A DNA stretch of 64,000 nt from Podarcis melisellensis (taxonomy: Eukaryota). The number at the start of each line of letters is the position of its first letter. The first letter of the stretch is position 1. Shown here in pieces: positions 13,006-26,181 of the stretch. The DNA lies in the NCBI GenBank assembly GCA_964234715.1, contig OZ174286.1. One strand, given 5' to 3'. The notes beneath the pieces are model-generated. The model searched no databases, was not told the DNA's origin, and saw only the letters and a program-made list of their open reading frames with translations. Both the position numbers and the translations under genes were made by a program.

Positions 13006-13152
13006 TGGAACACAGGGAGATGCCTTCTACTGAGTCAGGCCAATGGCCCACCTAGTTCAGTCCACACTGACAGGCAGTGGCCCTCCAGGGGTTCAGCCCC
13101 ACCTGGAGATGTCAAGGATTGAACCAGGGGCTTGAAGGCTTGCGTTCTACAA
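13006..13152 (-). mobile_element. tRNA-derived squamate SINE (Squam2-like), diverged
   Basis: Reverse B-box-like 'ggattgaacc' at 13116. Tail 'ggaacacagggagatgccttctactgagtcaggcc'. Confidence 0.55.
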
Positions 13153-13585
13153 CTGGACTATTTATTTTATTTGTATTGGATTTCTTACCTGCCTTTGCCA
13201 AAGGCAATCGCAAAACGAATAAAACAGTTACAACCAAAAAACGAGAAAAGTGTACAAACGATGAAAAGCTGTTCACTATAAAAGCAACAAAAAACAATTG
13301 CCATTTTTAGCAATGCCTATTCAGAAGCAGAGCATAGACATTGTAGCTAACACTTAAAAAAAGGAAGAAAGCGCAAAACACAATGCAGTAAAAAATGAAA
13401 CTGTTGCTTTACAATGTTACAGACATCCTTAAAGTTAGGGCAACAGAAAGAATCAAAGTCTTAGCTGCTTGTCAAAAAGTGAGCTGTGATACATTTAGGT
13501 GGAGTTCCATCAGCAGGGTGCTCCATTGCCTTTAGGGTGCAAAGAAAAGGCCGGGTGCTTCATTCCTGCACTTCAAATGATGGGG

Positions 13586-13754
13586 CAGGGGTGCTAACTT
13601 GAAATATGGGGGGCAGGTAAGCAGCACCCCACATAATCAATCACAAGACGCAGTGCACACACCATTTGAATGGCACTTGGTGGGGGGTGGCCCCCTCAAA
13701 CACTTTATTGGGGAGTGCCGAAGGGAACTTGGTCCCTAGGAGTTTGTTTCTATG
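13586..13754. mobile_element. hAT non-autonomous element
   Basis: 8-bp TSD tgatgggg / tgatggag. Ends caggggtgctaact / agtttgtttctatg. Confidence 0.65.
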
Positions 13755-14619
13755 TGATGGAGCAACACAGAACAGCAGCTGATTAGTGTGGTGTTAGTGG
13801 TATAAGCACAAGAGCCAGTGGGTGCTGTGGAAGGAGGCTGTTTTGCAAGTTACATTTAGTTAACTTTAGTTACATTTTACCTCTACCTCCTGACGTGCAT
13901 GTCTTGACTCTCTGTTAACATTACATGGTGTCAGCCGTGAGACTACCTATGTCCCCTCTAATTTTTTGACAGGCTTACAAAACAGAAAGTGGTGGCACAG
14001 GTTAACACTCAAAGAATCCTAGAAGGCCCAATTCCTGTATCCACAGTGTTTTATCACTGTTACAAGTAACAGACAAAGGAGAGGCCTGGAAACTGAGAGA
14101 GCCCACTGGAAGGTCAATTTGTAGCAACTACAGACAGCATATGCATATCGCTCCAGAAAAGGAGAAGAGAGGGAAAACAGCATGGTGTCCTGGTTCCCTG
14201 TTAATCCTACGCTCAGAGTAGATGATTTCAAGGGTCTGGCAGATTCGTTTGTGTACATGCAATTCTGTCCCTGGATTATCGCAAAGAACTTAAACCATCT
14301 TGGCTTCAGCAACAACCATTTTTCCTTCGGCATTCTTCCATTTGCATAACAAACGACCAAGAGTGAACTCTGTTGCTCACTCTAGTAGCACAGAAGAAAG
14401 CACTCTAGGGCTCTTTTATCAATTGGCAACACCCGTTGTTGGTTCTTTTTGCTCTCTTCTTTCCACATGGCCATCACTTCAGAGCCGGTTGAGGAGAATG
14501 CCCCTCAAACCACTATGTGCACTGCTCCAAGGAAATGCTGGTTGCGCTGGAATGGACCATAAAGCACTGGGGCCATCACCATTTCAGTTCTGCATAAATT
14601 GCCCAGGTCTGGAACAGTA

Positions 14620-14790
14620 GAAGGAAGGCACCTTCCACTGAGTCTGATTACTGGTCCACCTAGTTCAGTATTGTCGACACAAACTGGCAGCAGCTCTCCA
14701 AGGTTTCAGTCAGGGAACGCTCCCAGGCCTAACTAGAGATTCCATTGATTAAATCTGTGACCTTTAGCATGAAAAACAGGTGCTCTGTTC
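14620..14790 (-). mobile_element. tRNA-derived squamate SINE (Squam2-like), diverged
   Basis: Homologous to 13006-13152 (ctgagtc...ggtccacctagttcagt...ggcagcagctctccaagg). Confidence 0.55.
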
Positions 14791-14935
14791 AAAGAGTCAG
14801 TTTTGCCTGTAAGAGGGTAGCCTTGACGGCCATGTAAACCTGGGTCTTTTGGGCCTAGGGTGCTTCCAAGTGATCCCTGTGTTGTAATAAAACAAGAGAA
14901 AGACTTTCAGAATAACATTTCTGAAGCATCGAGTG

Positions 14936-15211
14936 CAGGCCCAGACAGAGGGTGGGGGGGGCATATGGGCCACTTGGCCCAGGCCTCTGATTCCAAAGGG
15001 GGCCTCGGTCAGCATATTTATCTATATTTTCCATTTTGTCTTTATATGCAGATACTGTTCAAGCCTTGAAATAAAATTATTTGTCAGCATAACTTTTGTG
15101 AAAAATATTTATATACTTACTTATTTATAAGACTTAAGTTATCCCCAGGGTAAAAAAGGGGGGCACATTATCTACCTGGCCCGGGCCTCTGCCTGGTTCT
15201 GCAAGGCCCTG
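14936..15211. mobile_element. hAT non-autonomous element
   Basis: TIRs caggcccagacaga / tctgcaaggccctg. 8-bp TSD atcgagtg / atggagtg. Confidence 0.75.
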
Positions 15212-15647
15212 ATGGAGTGACAAATTCCAAATTAATACTCAACTTCTTTAGCATTCTGCTAAAGGGATTTGCTGGGGTTCTGAACCCCAGGCAGCTGCCC
15301 AAAGATGTGGTATTCTGATGCCAGGCCTGGGAAGGTGTTACTATTTTGTGGGTTTTCATTATGCTGCATACTGCTGAGGCATTTCTCCATCAGGATCCTG
15401 CCTTTTAAGACCAGTTGAAATTTCACACAGATATTCATCAGAAAGAAGGAACTGAACCAGGGCTTCAGAAGCTTTTCCAGCAGTCTCCCATGTGTCGGCT
15501 GCAACAAGGAATTCAGTACTGATGTCCACTATAAACAACATTTAAGAATTGTAATGAGAGGAGATCAGTATGCCCTTCCACAATAAACACCATTGTGTGT
15601 CCCGAGTGGGAGAACTATAAGGTAATGGATTGGCAGGTGGGGGCAGA

Positions 15648-15895
15648 AAGAACATCAAAAGAGCCTGCCGGATCAGGCCAACGGCCCATCTAGTCCAGTA
15701 TTCTGTTCTCACAGTGGCCACCCTCTGGGAAACTTGTAATCAGAATCTGAGCCTTGTTTTCTTCCAGCAACTGGTTTTTGAGAAGCACGACTGCCTCCAA
15801 CTGTGGATGCTGAGCATCACGATTCCTAGTATGTCTCAATAGTCCTCTCTGCCATGAGTGGGAATCATTTGTCTTTCGCCTCTCTAAACCTGGCA
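15648..15895 (-). mobile_element. Old CR1-like LINE 3' end (other copies at 22733-22990, 41345-41660, 50240-50570)
   Basis: Shared 'aagaacat.a.aagagcctg..ggatcaggccaa.ggcccatctagtccagcat' terminus across the copies. Confidence 0.6.
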
Positions 15896-16085
15896 CTTGA
15901 ACTACTCAGAAAATCCGCAGAAAGCATGGCAGAATCACTATAGACAACACTGAAATAGATGGACCAGTCATCTGGCTTAATATAAGTGTTGTTGCTCAGC
16001 AGAGCCGCTTTTCTGCTTTCTCCAAGCAACTCAGGTAAACTCAAATGTGAACAGATTTATTTAAAGCTGCATAGACAGGAAGCAA

Positions 16086-16497
16086 GATGTATGGAAGTGA
16101 GAGCTGGACCATAAAGAAGGCTGATCGCCGAAGAATTGATGCTTTTGAATTTTGGTGCTGGAGGAGACTCTTGAGAGTCCCATGGACTGCAAGAAGATCA
16201 AACCTATCCATTCTTAAGGAAATCAGCCCTAGAAGGACAGATCGTGAAGCTGAGGCTCCAATACTTTGGCCACCTCATGAGAAGAGAAGACTCCCTGGAA
16301 AAGACCCTGATGTTGGGGAAGATGGAGGGCACAAGGAGAAGGGGATGACAGAGGATGAGATGGTTGGATAGTGTTCTCGAAGCTATCAGCATGAGTTTGA
16401 CTAAACTGCAGGAGGCAGTGGAAGACAGAAGTGCCTGGTATGCTCTGGTCCATGGGGTCACAAAGAGTTGGACTAAATGACTAAACAACAACAAAAA
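16086..16497 (+). mobile_element. Bov-B (RTE) LINE, 5'-truncated
   Basis: MYGSESWTIKKADRRRIDAFEFWCWRRLLRVPWTARRSN, (CAA)n tail, perfect 11-bp TSD agacaggaagc at 16073-16083 and 16498-16508. Confidence 0.92.
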
Positions 16498-18229
16498 AGA
16501 CAGGAAGCCTTGCTTACTCCTTGGGCTACACACCCACAATGCTTTCTTCCCCTCACTCACCTGCAAAGGACATTCCCATTTATTTATTTAAATTCATACA
16601 CTGCTTGATTGTAAAAGACACCCACTCACCCACCCAAAGCAGTTTATAAAATGATAACATTATAAAATAAAGAAAAAAATTACAACTCTTCAAGTACTTT
16701 TCCTTGACCCAGGAACTGATTATATACACACTTCCTATGTTTGTTCCTATGTTTCTTCTGCTCTGTTCAGTTTTCCAAGGAATGTGCTTTATGTAACTCT
16801 CCAGGGTCAGCTTTAGTAGTGAACAGTAATGTCTCTCTCCCCTTGCACCCCCCAAACTTTTAACTAGTTCCCTGTTAGTCCTTAATGCCTCACTGTGATA
16901 TTTCCTCCACTAAAGCTTGTTAAATTTAAATCATACCATGATATCCATTACTGAATGTTTTCTTGTATAGTCCCATCTGTTTCTTCTGACTAAATTGATG
17001 GAAATAAGATTCTTCCCTTGCATAGTCTAGGACTGGTTTGGGGAGAGAGGGGTGATATTTTTGCTCATACTGACTTTTACAGATAATTTGTTTTTGTTCT
17101 GCTTTCGTTACTTTTTAAAATCCAACAACAGCCTGGTCAGACCGTGGACAAATGGAGTAGAAGTTTCTTCACTCTCACCTGTCTAGTAGTTCAAAATGGG
17201 GAAGACAGCAATATAAGAAACTTGGTGGATTCCACACCTTGTGAATTGGGCCTGAGCATAGTGATGGACTCAGTGTAGACTAACACATTCCTTTGGCCTT
17301 AGCACTGCTCCTAGGTTCATAGGAGTCCTTTTGCTCAACTTTGGCTGAGCATGCCTTCCTGTAGAAAGCAGATTTGACCAAAATTAGACATGCCATGTAG
17401 ACCACATTCTACATGGGTTTGATCTTGAAAAGTGTTTTGAAGCTACAGCTTCAAAAATGCTGTTGCCATAATAATTTCTAGGGTCTGCTTTTCTGGCTAT
17501 CGGTCTTGTTTAAATTGAACAAGCCTCCGATTTGTTCCTGGGTCCAATTTAATGTGCTGGATTATTACTTACAAATCCCTTGGCTTTGGACTGAGGTATT
17601 TGAAAGACTCGCATTCTCCTGCATGAACTTGTCCATTAACTGAAAACATCTTTGGAGATCCTGCTCTATGATCCACCACCACGAGAAGTGCAATTGGTGG
17701 GGAAGTGGGGCAGGGTCTTCTCAGGAGCATCACCCTGGTTGTGGAACTCTCCCCACCCAGGGAAAGTGAGAATAACCTCTTCTCTATTGTTCTTATGGGT
17801 GTCAGCAGACCCAGCTTCCTCCTTGGAATAGTCTGAAAAGTTTGCATATGTTCACGTACTCCTTCGAGTGATTTTAACCAGCCACTGTTTGCCTTATATT
17901 GCTGAATTCTTAGTGCCTTTATGTGTGTACGTTTTCAAACACACACATTTGGAACACCTGCTCCAAGTGATTTGCATGCATTTTATTGCCAATCCAGTCC
18001 TTATTATGTAGTTGTTGAGAAATCATTTCGGAAAGGAATTAGCAAAGCATGAATTCCTCGAGCATCCCTGCCTTAGCTGGGGGTCTCTGGTTGCAGCCCC
18101 ATATCTGGTGTTGGATACAGTGAAGATGTGGGCAACACCTCACTGCTATGAGACCCTAGCAGTACAAAAGGAAATGGTTGCATGTTACCTGCCCCTGCAT
18201 TAGCGGAGTTCCTAAATCTATCAATTAAA

Positions 18230-18990
18230 TGCAAAGTGCATTTAATTATGCTGTGCACAGACCAAAAACAGAGTCAAGATCCTGCTTATGCACTAATGTT
18301 GTTTTAAGCATGATCCTGCCATCATTTCCCAGGGAGCACCATGCCCTACAGTTCTGCCCAGCACGTCATAAATTATCCCCCTTGACTTGCCCATTAGTGA
18401 GCTGAAACACCTCTTATTTACTGATGTGATTAACTGCTCCAGAAGCAAGGAGCAATTCCACCATGTCAGTCTCCCTCCCTCTCTCCCCCGAGACAGCTGT
18501 AATGGCTGTGTACACCTGTGGAGCGAGAGCCACCAGCCGTGAGCTAACATTGTTCATCACTAATGAGCCATAAAATTGCGGCAGTTTAATGCAGCTTCTG
18601 TGGCTGGTAGGTAGAGGGAAGAGGACTGCCGTGAAACCAGAGAGGCTAGCCGAGTGCCTCCGACACACATTTTAATTTGAATTTAACAGGGCAGTTCCCG
18701 CTGAATTACAATTTGATTGATAGAAGGCTAACTCATGGATGTTAATAAGCATGCTAATCAGTTATGAGTGCCGTAAATTAATTCAGAGTTTGCTGTGGCT
18801 GGTTAAAATGTGGAAACAATAAAAATGGAAAGCCACTCTGCTTCCTAGAAAATAATATGTGAGCACCGTTCCGTCACGTCAGCTGTTCTGCGCAATGTTC
18901 TGTCACGTTCACTGACGTGGCAATGGTAAATTAGTGTGTCGTGCATTCAGGGAAGCAAATGGGCTCCTAATTGTTATTTCCAGAAGTAGG
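18230..18990. promoter_or_regulatory. Candidate conserved non-coding element / developmental enhancer
   Basis: TE-free and CpG-retaining. Clustered TAAT/ATTA homeobox cores, CRE-like gtcacgtca and tgacgtgg, C/EBP-like ctgcgcaat. Conservation cannot be seen from this window. Confidence 0.5.
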
Positions 18991-19039
18991 ATAATTTGAA
19001 TTTAATTCGTCTCAGATTATTCTGTTTCAGGAAAAGTAC

Positions 19040-19365
19040 AGGAAAAGGAGGTGCTTCCCAGACTGTTACTATTTTTGAGTGGGGGGAAAGGGGGACAAGT
19101 CAGGTGCTGCAAGGTTCTGCCCTGGGCCTGTTGTTGTTCAACATCTTTAGGCATGGCTTGGATGCAGAAATTGAGGGGACGCCCATTAGATTTGCAGATG
19201 ACACCCAACTGGGAGAGGGACCTAATACCTCAGAAGACCGAGCCAGGATTCAAGATGACCTTCACAGATTGGAGAACTGGGCAAAAACTAACAAAATCGA
19301 GTCTCAGTAGGGACAAACATGAGGTTCTACACTTAGACAGGAATAATCAGATGCACAAATATGGC
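19040..19365 (+). mobile_element. Old CR1 LINE RT fragment (pseudogenic)
   Basis: QGSALGLLLFNIF...RFADDTQLG...IQDDLHRLENWA in ORF 18996-19310. Confidence 0.85.
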
Positions 19366-20470
19366 ATTAAGCAACTGAGAGGAGAAGTGGTGCAGGGCGC
19401 CCAGTTTTGGGGTCTAATCCAATCTCCAAAGATTTGTTGTCTACTCCCTGGCAGTAGCAAATAAAAGGGGGGGGGACTATTAAAAGTAGACAAAGCATTG
19501 GGCTGGTTAGAGCCAAGAGCACCTCAAGGTGCTTATGGCAGTGCTGGGTATGGCCAGAGGCAAAAGTGGGCAGTTAAGTGGAAGTGATTATTAAGCCTTG
19601 TATAGAAGACTACTGTACTGCTCTCTTTTTATATGTTGAGCAGATCAGAGGAGTTGAAGAAAAATATGCTTATTATAGTACTATATGTGGGAATGTTCAG
19701 GGTGGCAGGAGAGGATATATTGTTTATTAATATCCTTCCTAGTTCCTTTACTTAACAGAATTACATTCCCCATTTACGCACAGCAGATAGCTAGTTGGAA
19801 GCTCATTTGAGCTTTTCACTATTATACAATTCAATCTGTCTCAGACTGAATTGTACGTTCCTAGTAAATTCCTTTTAATCCCTCTTAAAAAAATAAAGAC
19901 GCCCCAATCTTATTCAAAGTCAATAAAAGAAGTTTACTTACATCAGTTCACAGGTGGACCCCTGAAGGCAGACTTAGTTACAAATATGTACATGTACATG
20001 TGGCTCTATCCCATATGGGGGAATAATCCCAGTGCTTCTGCTAGCGGAGCTAGCAGAATAGTCCAAGATAGAAGCTGGTCAAACAAAGAAGGAAGGCAAA
20101 GAGAGAGAGGTGTGCCATGTGACTCATCCTTCTGTTACCTGGACAGGTTAGATTATGCCTACCTTCCTTCTATCACATGCAAAAGGAAGATGCTCCAGCC
20201 AGGAGGAACAGGAAGTTTCGACTGGCTGGACCAAACATTCCCTCGCATGTCTTCTCACATTTATCCTCATAGCTACCAACCCCCACAAACACACCTCTCT
20301 TCCAGGCAAGAAAGAGGCATTAACACAGTTCAGGGCAGAGGCAGCATCTTCTCAAGATGATTGAATGGGCCCAATGCAATGTCCTGACAACATATGCCTG
20401 ACATCTCAATGAGTCAGGGAGTGGAGCCGAATGCCATCTGAACATTGAGAGGACTAACCCCCTCAACCCC

Positions 20471-20931
20471 TTAAAGCTATGGTTTTCCCAGTAGTGATGT
20501 ATGGAAGTGAGAGCTGGACCATAAAGAAGGCTGATTGCCGAAGAATTGATGCTTTTGAATTATGGTGCTGGAGGAGACTCTCGAGAGTCCCATGGACTGC
20601 AAGAAGATCAAACCTCTCCATTCTTAAGGAAATCAGCCCTGAGTGCTCACTGGAAGGACAGATCCTGAAGCAGAGACTCCAATACTTTGGCCAACTCATG
20701 AGAATAGAAGACTCCCTGGAAAAGACCCTGATGCTGGGAAAGATTGAGGGCACAAGGAGAAGGGGACGACAGAGGATGAGATGGTTGGACAGTGTTCTTG
20801 AAGCTACCAGCATGAGTTTGACCAAACTGCGGGAGGCAGTGGAAGACAGGAGTGCCTGGCGTGCTCTGGTCCAGGGGGTCACGAAGAGTCAGACACGATT
20901 AAATGACTAAACAACAAAAACAACAACAACA
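20471..20931 (+). mobile_element. Bov-B (RTE) LINE, 5'-truncated
   Basis: ORF 20479-20910 is the Bov-B ORF C-terminus. (CAA)n tail. TSD aaccccctcaac / aactccctcaac. Confidence 0.92.
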
Positions 20932-21627
20932 AACTCCCTCAACATAAAATGGGAGGGGGGCAAAGTGCTTCAGCCCCTAGAAGCTGGTACGTATGGTTCA
21001 GGGACACATTTCAGCCAGGCAAAGACAATGAAGGAGGATGTGGAGGAAGGCCTAGCAACTGTTCTGTGGGCCAGAGAGAGAGAGACTCAGAGGGACCCCA
21101 GTGAAGTTTACGCGAAACCTTGCAGTAGCGTTCACCACAGATGACTAAAATATTTTCCATCGTGGAAGCAAAGTAGCCTGACAGATCTACTGACCAAAGA
21201 TTTGCTTTACCCTTTAGCAGAACACAGAATTAATACCACAGCGTTGCTTACTTCCAGATCAGCATGTAAGAGGTGGGTTAATTTCAGTGAATTCATTCAC
21301 ATATATATATATGTTTGAATTTGAAAGCAAAAACTCAGAGTGTACATGCCTGGAAGTCAGGGAGTAGTTAACCACTTTTCAATAAAAGCTGAAAGAGAGA
21401 AGTGTTCCCAACTGCTTGCAAAAAGACTGCAAGTGAGTTTCTGACTTTTCTGAAAACTGAATTCTCGATCATTCTTAAACATCCCCCCCCCCCACAAGAG
21501 CAGTGAGGGGAAAAAAACCTCACTCTCTTGGGCAGGAAAGTAGTGAGATTACATGTTTCACCTACTGCTTTCAGAATTAGTAAAAAGAAAATCTGTGAGT
21601 TTTTTGAAATATATAAAAACAGGCTTC

Positions 21628-21646
21628 TACTGCCATCTGGCGGCTA
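21628..21646 (-). promoter_or_regulatory. Candidate CTCF binding motif
   Basis: Minus strand tagCCGCCAGATGGCAGta closely matches the CTCF core consensus, in unique sequence. Confidence 0.4.
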
Positions 21647-22022
21647 TCACAAAGTACATACGTTTTTTTCATCATCGTTATTACGTCCATATGTTTTTTT
21701 CATCATCTTAGAAACACAGTATTGTAGAGTTGGAAGGGACCATGACAGTCATCTAGTCCAATCCTCTGAATTGTTCACATTGATCTTTTTGTTATCCCAA
21801 CCTGCTCCATTTTAGAGATCCAGGTAATCCTGTAAGAGCAACAGCATAAGCCAAGACAGAAAGATCTCCAATATCCCTTATCACATCATCAAACTGTTCC
21901 ATGTTATTAATATAAATGGCTGGTAACTTGATCAAGATGATAAACAAAGGAGAACGAGCTGTGTTCTTGAGAACATTGCATTCTTACACTACAGAGGTCC
22001 AAAGTTCTATGATGCACACATT

Positions 22023-22716
22023 CATAGAATCATAGAATCATAGAGTTGGAAGAGACCACAAGGGCCATCGAGTCCAACCCCCTGCCAAGCAGGAAACACC
22101 ATCAGAGCACTCCTGACATATGGTTGTCAAGCCTCTGCTTAAAGACCTCCAAACAAGGAGACTCCACCACACTCCTTGGCAGCAAATTCCACTGTCAAAC
22201 AGCTCTTACTGTCAAGAAGTTCTTCCTAATGTTTAGGTGGAATCTTCTTTCTTGTAGTTTGGATCCATTGCTTCGTGTCCACTTCTCTGGAGCAGCAGAA
22301 AACAGCCTTCCTCCCTCCTCTATGTGACATCCTTTTATATATTTGAACATGGCTATCATATCACCCCTTAACCTCCTCTTCTCCAGGCTAAACATGCCCA
22401 ACTCCCTTAGCCGTTCCTCATAAGGCATCTTTTCCAGGCCTTTGGCCATTTTGGTTGCCCTCCTCTGGACACGTTCCAGTTTGTCAGTGTCCTTCTTGAA
22501 CTGTGGTGCCCAGAACTGGACACAGTACTCCAGGTGAGGTCTGACCAGAGCAGAATACAGTGGCACTATTACTTCCCTTGATCTAGATGCTATACTCCTA
22601 TTGATGCAGCCCAGAATTGCATTGGCTTTTTAAGCTGCCACGTTTTAAGGTGCCACGTTGTTGGCTCATGTCAAGTTTGTGGTCAACCAAGACTCCTAGA
22701 TCCTTTTCACATGTAC
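22023..22716 (-). mobile_element. CR1 LINE 3' fragment, relatively young
   Basis: ORF 22195-22566 ([20 protein letters not shown]...[14 protein letters not shown]-like) and a CR1 (ATTCTATG)n terminal repeat. Confidence 0.92.
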
Positions 22717-23579
22717 TCATTTTCTCTTGCACTAAGAACATTAGAAGAGCCTGGTGGACCAGGCCAATGGCCCATGTAGTCCAGCATCCTCTTCTTAGAG
22801 TGGTCAACCAGACACCTGTGGGAAGCCTGCAAGCAGGACCACAGGAACACTCTGTGGTTTCCAGAAACTGGTATTCAGAGGCATGGTGCCTCTGTCAACA
22901 GAGGAAGAACACTGTCCTCATAGCTAGTAGCTGCTGATAGTCTTGTCCTCCATGAATATGTCTAAACCACTTTCACAGACATCCAAGTGGATGGTTGATT
23001 CACATCTGATACCCTTTTGAATGTGCTGCTGGAGGATCATCAGTTTGTTTTTGTTCTTGTTTTCATTATATATTTTGTGTTTTTTATATTGTATTTTTAT
23101 GTTGAGATCCACAGATGAAGGGCGGTATATAAATTGAAATAATAATAATAATATGTGGGAGCATGTTCCATAGTTTAATGGATAATATGATGCATGTAGC
23201 ACTACAGAGGAACTCACTGTTACCAAATGGTAGGCTACCCCTGCCATTAGGCAGAATGGGGAGGCCACCTCAGGTGGTCAATGTTGAGGAGTGATGGAAG
23301 TGTTGGCAATGGCAGCCTCCCACATGGACTTTCCTACTGAATCCAAAAGGCATTCCCATCTTGCTGAACTGGTTCCTTGGTGACAATGATGTTTGCTTCT
23401 TACACCAGGTCACTGGTAGAGAACTTGCTGTACTCATGCCTCCAGCTAATCCCCACGATAAATATCTATATTAATGACAGAACTCATACGGTGACTGATT
23501 ATGCTAATGCTTTGGATACTTAACCAAATTATAATGTTTATCATGGGCCGGTCACTGTTTCTCAGGCTAATACAGTATA

Positions 23580-23805
23580 CAATGGTACCTTGGGTTACAG
23601 ATGCTTCAGGTTACAGACTCCACTAACCCAGAAATAGTACTTCGGGTTAAGAACTTTGCTTCAGGATGAGAACAGAAATTGCACAGCAGTGGTGCAGTGG
23701 CAGCAGGAGGCCCCAATAGCTAAAGTGGTGCTTCAGGTTAAGAACAGTTTCAGGTTTAGAACGGACCTCCAGAACAAATTAAGTTCTTAACCTGAGGTAC
23801 CGCTG
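23580..23805. mobile_element. Tc1/mariner-type MITE with TA target duplication
   Basis: TA-caatggtaccttgggtta ... taacctgaggtaccgctg-TA. Same subfamily as 34212 and 52615. Confidence 0.85.
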
Positions 23806-23967
23806 TACTGCTCCAAGTTCTTTGGAGGACAGGCGAGAGGCAAAAATGCAATTAATGACTTAATGACATTGGGAGAAATAAGCTGGTTATCAACATACTT
23901 ATACAAAATCTCTGCAACCTTAAGCGAAGTCATCCTGGGTTTTGCCACAGTACAGTGGCTCACATAT

Positions 23968-24329
23968 AAAGGTAAGGTAAAGGTACCCCTGCCCGTACGG
24001 GCCAGTCTTGACAGACTCTGGGGTTGTGCGCCCATCTCACTTAAGAGGCCAGGGGCCAGCGCTGTCCGGAGACACTTCCGTGTCACATGGCCAGTGTGAC
24101 ATCGCTGCTCTGGCGAGCCAGAGCTGCACACGGAAACGCCGTTTACCTTCCCGCTGGTAAGCGGTCCCTATTTATCTACTTGCACCCGGGGGTGCTTTCG
24201 AACTGCTAGGTTGGCAGGCGCTGGGACCGAGCAGCGGGAGCGCACCCCGCAGCAGGGATTCGAACCGCCGACCTTTCGATCAGCAAGTCCTAGGTGCTGA
24301 GGCTTTAACCCACAGCGCCACCTGTGTCC
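23968..24329 (-). mobile_element. Sauria SINE, full length
   Basis: tRNA-like head with A/B boxes (tggcgctgtggg...ggttcgaatccc), (ACCTTT)n tail, 14-bp TSD gctcacatataaag at 23958 and 24332. Confidence 0.92.
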
Positions 24330-24975
24330 TAGCTCACATATAAAGATGGATATTTTAAAGCGGATATAACCTGAGGCATCACATGACCCACCCTGCAATC
24401 CGAAGCTCCAACAGGCAGTTTGCTTGTGGAAATTTTTGCTAGGAGTTGAAACCTGTTAAACCAGAGCTTGATTCAAGTAAACAATGTTGTTATTTGTCTA
24501 TCCGAGGTTGTTTGTGAAATCATTCATTTGTGAGGTTCTTCTGACATTTGGGCTGCTGTAGTTATTGAGTCTGTAAACTGAGGTTTGTAACTGGAAATTT
24601 TTTTGCATGGGGAAAGGTTGGCTGAAAGTCATTCAGGACTGCTTTTAGCTCGTCCTTGTAAGATTTTCCAGAGTTTCCTAAACGACTAGTGTTTGTAAGA
24701 AAGTTTTTAGTGACTTTTGAAATGAACTGTGTGGTTTTGTCCCTAAACACTTTCAGGGCAAAAAGGAGGGTTTAAGGAACGGAATTTCAGAAACACCCCA
24801 CCTCTTTACATACCCTTTTTGCATGCAGCCCATCACCTGTTTCTTACCATGATATGCAGCTGTGGTGACATTTTCACAGTAGAATAAACTAGAAACGTAT
24901 TCCCAAAATTAATCCCAACCAATCAAGAATCACAAAAAACTATGGGATTCCATGTGTCTGTGTCTCTACGTGTGT

Positions 24976-25012
<37 letters not shown>

Positions 25013-25729
25013 GAGAGAGATATGATTGTACACCAGCTCTGCCCAACAATTTTTTCCTCCTCACAAGAGAAAACTGATTCTGACAGAGCAATAAATAAAG
25101 TACTTTGGTGGCCAGATAAATCTGTGTGTAGAGAGGTGCATCTGGCAGAGGCCATACAGCAAAGATGCTAGACACATCTCTATGGGGAGGAAGTTCCACA
25201 ATTTAGAGGCTGCCGCAGAGAAAACCCTGTCCTGGGGCACCATTCCCTGACCATCCGATGGTGGAAGAACTACCCAGAGAGTCACATCTCCATAAGGGAT
25301 GGAGGAAGTCTTTCAGATATTGCTTAAGGGGTTTTAAACCCCTTAATGAAACCTTAGTCCCCCCCCCCAATTCATTCCAGACCCAATCCAAGGTTGGGTG
25401 GATGGTCAGGAAAGGGGGGGGGTCTGCACGGCTCTACTACTGAGTTTCAAACAGCAGTGAGGCATCCAGACAGATATACCAGATGGGGTGAAAGAGATGG
25501 GGGATGGGACAATGTGGGTGCCATCAGTATATCAATGCTGAACGCAGGGCCGGCTCTCCCATTAGGCAAAGTGGAGCAACTGCCTCAGGCAGCCGATGCT
25601 GTGGGGCAGTGGTGGAATCCCCTGGTCTTTTCCGTGTAAGCCCCCAGGTTATTCCCTTCTGTTGGAGGACAGTGCTGTGCACACTACATAGCACTTCAGT
25701 TGTGGTGAAGGAGGCTCTGCTACTTTTTA

Positions 25730-26181
25730 CCATACTTTTCCATTTATAAGACGCCCCTATGTATAATACAACCCCTATTTTTTTTAACCCAAAATTTAGA
25801 AATTAAGTTGCTTAGCTTTGGGGGTGGGAGGTCACTTCCATCAATCGTTCACCCACCTGCCTGCCACTGCTGATCGCTTGCCACAGCCATTGCTGACACC
25901 TCTCCGCAGCTTCCAATTGTCTGCCCTCTTGCCGCCACCAACAGCCCACCCGCCCACTTGCCGCAACAGCCAATCTCCTGCCCAATTCCCACAGCCAATC
26001 GCCAGCAGGCCTTGCCGCAGCCACCAATCATCCGCCCAATCGCCGCTGCCAATCTCCTGCTTACTGCTGCCATTAATCACACATCCCCCCTCTGCATTAA
26101 CTATCCGTCTATAAGATGACATCCAATTTTTGCCCATTTTTTTAAAGCAAAAGGCATTGTCTTATACACAGAAAAATACAG
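25730..26181. mobile_element. Tc1/mariner (Tigger-like) non-autonomous element with a GC-rich internal minisatellite
   Basis: TA-ccatacttttccatttataagac ... gtcttatacacagaaaaatacag-TA. Internal degenerate 'ccaatcgccgc' repeats. Confidence 0.75.

Noticed and set aside
19852-20391. Possible solo LTR and 169-aa ORF
   Set aside because: LTR-like texture, but no matching TSD or firm termini, and the ORF is unrecognisable.
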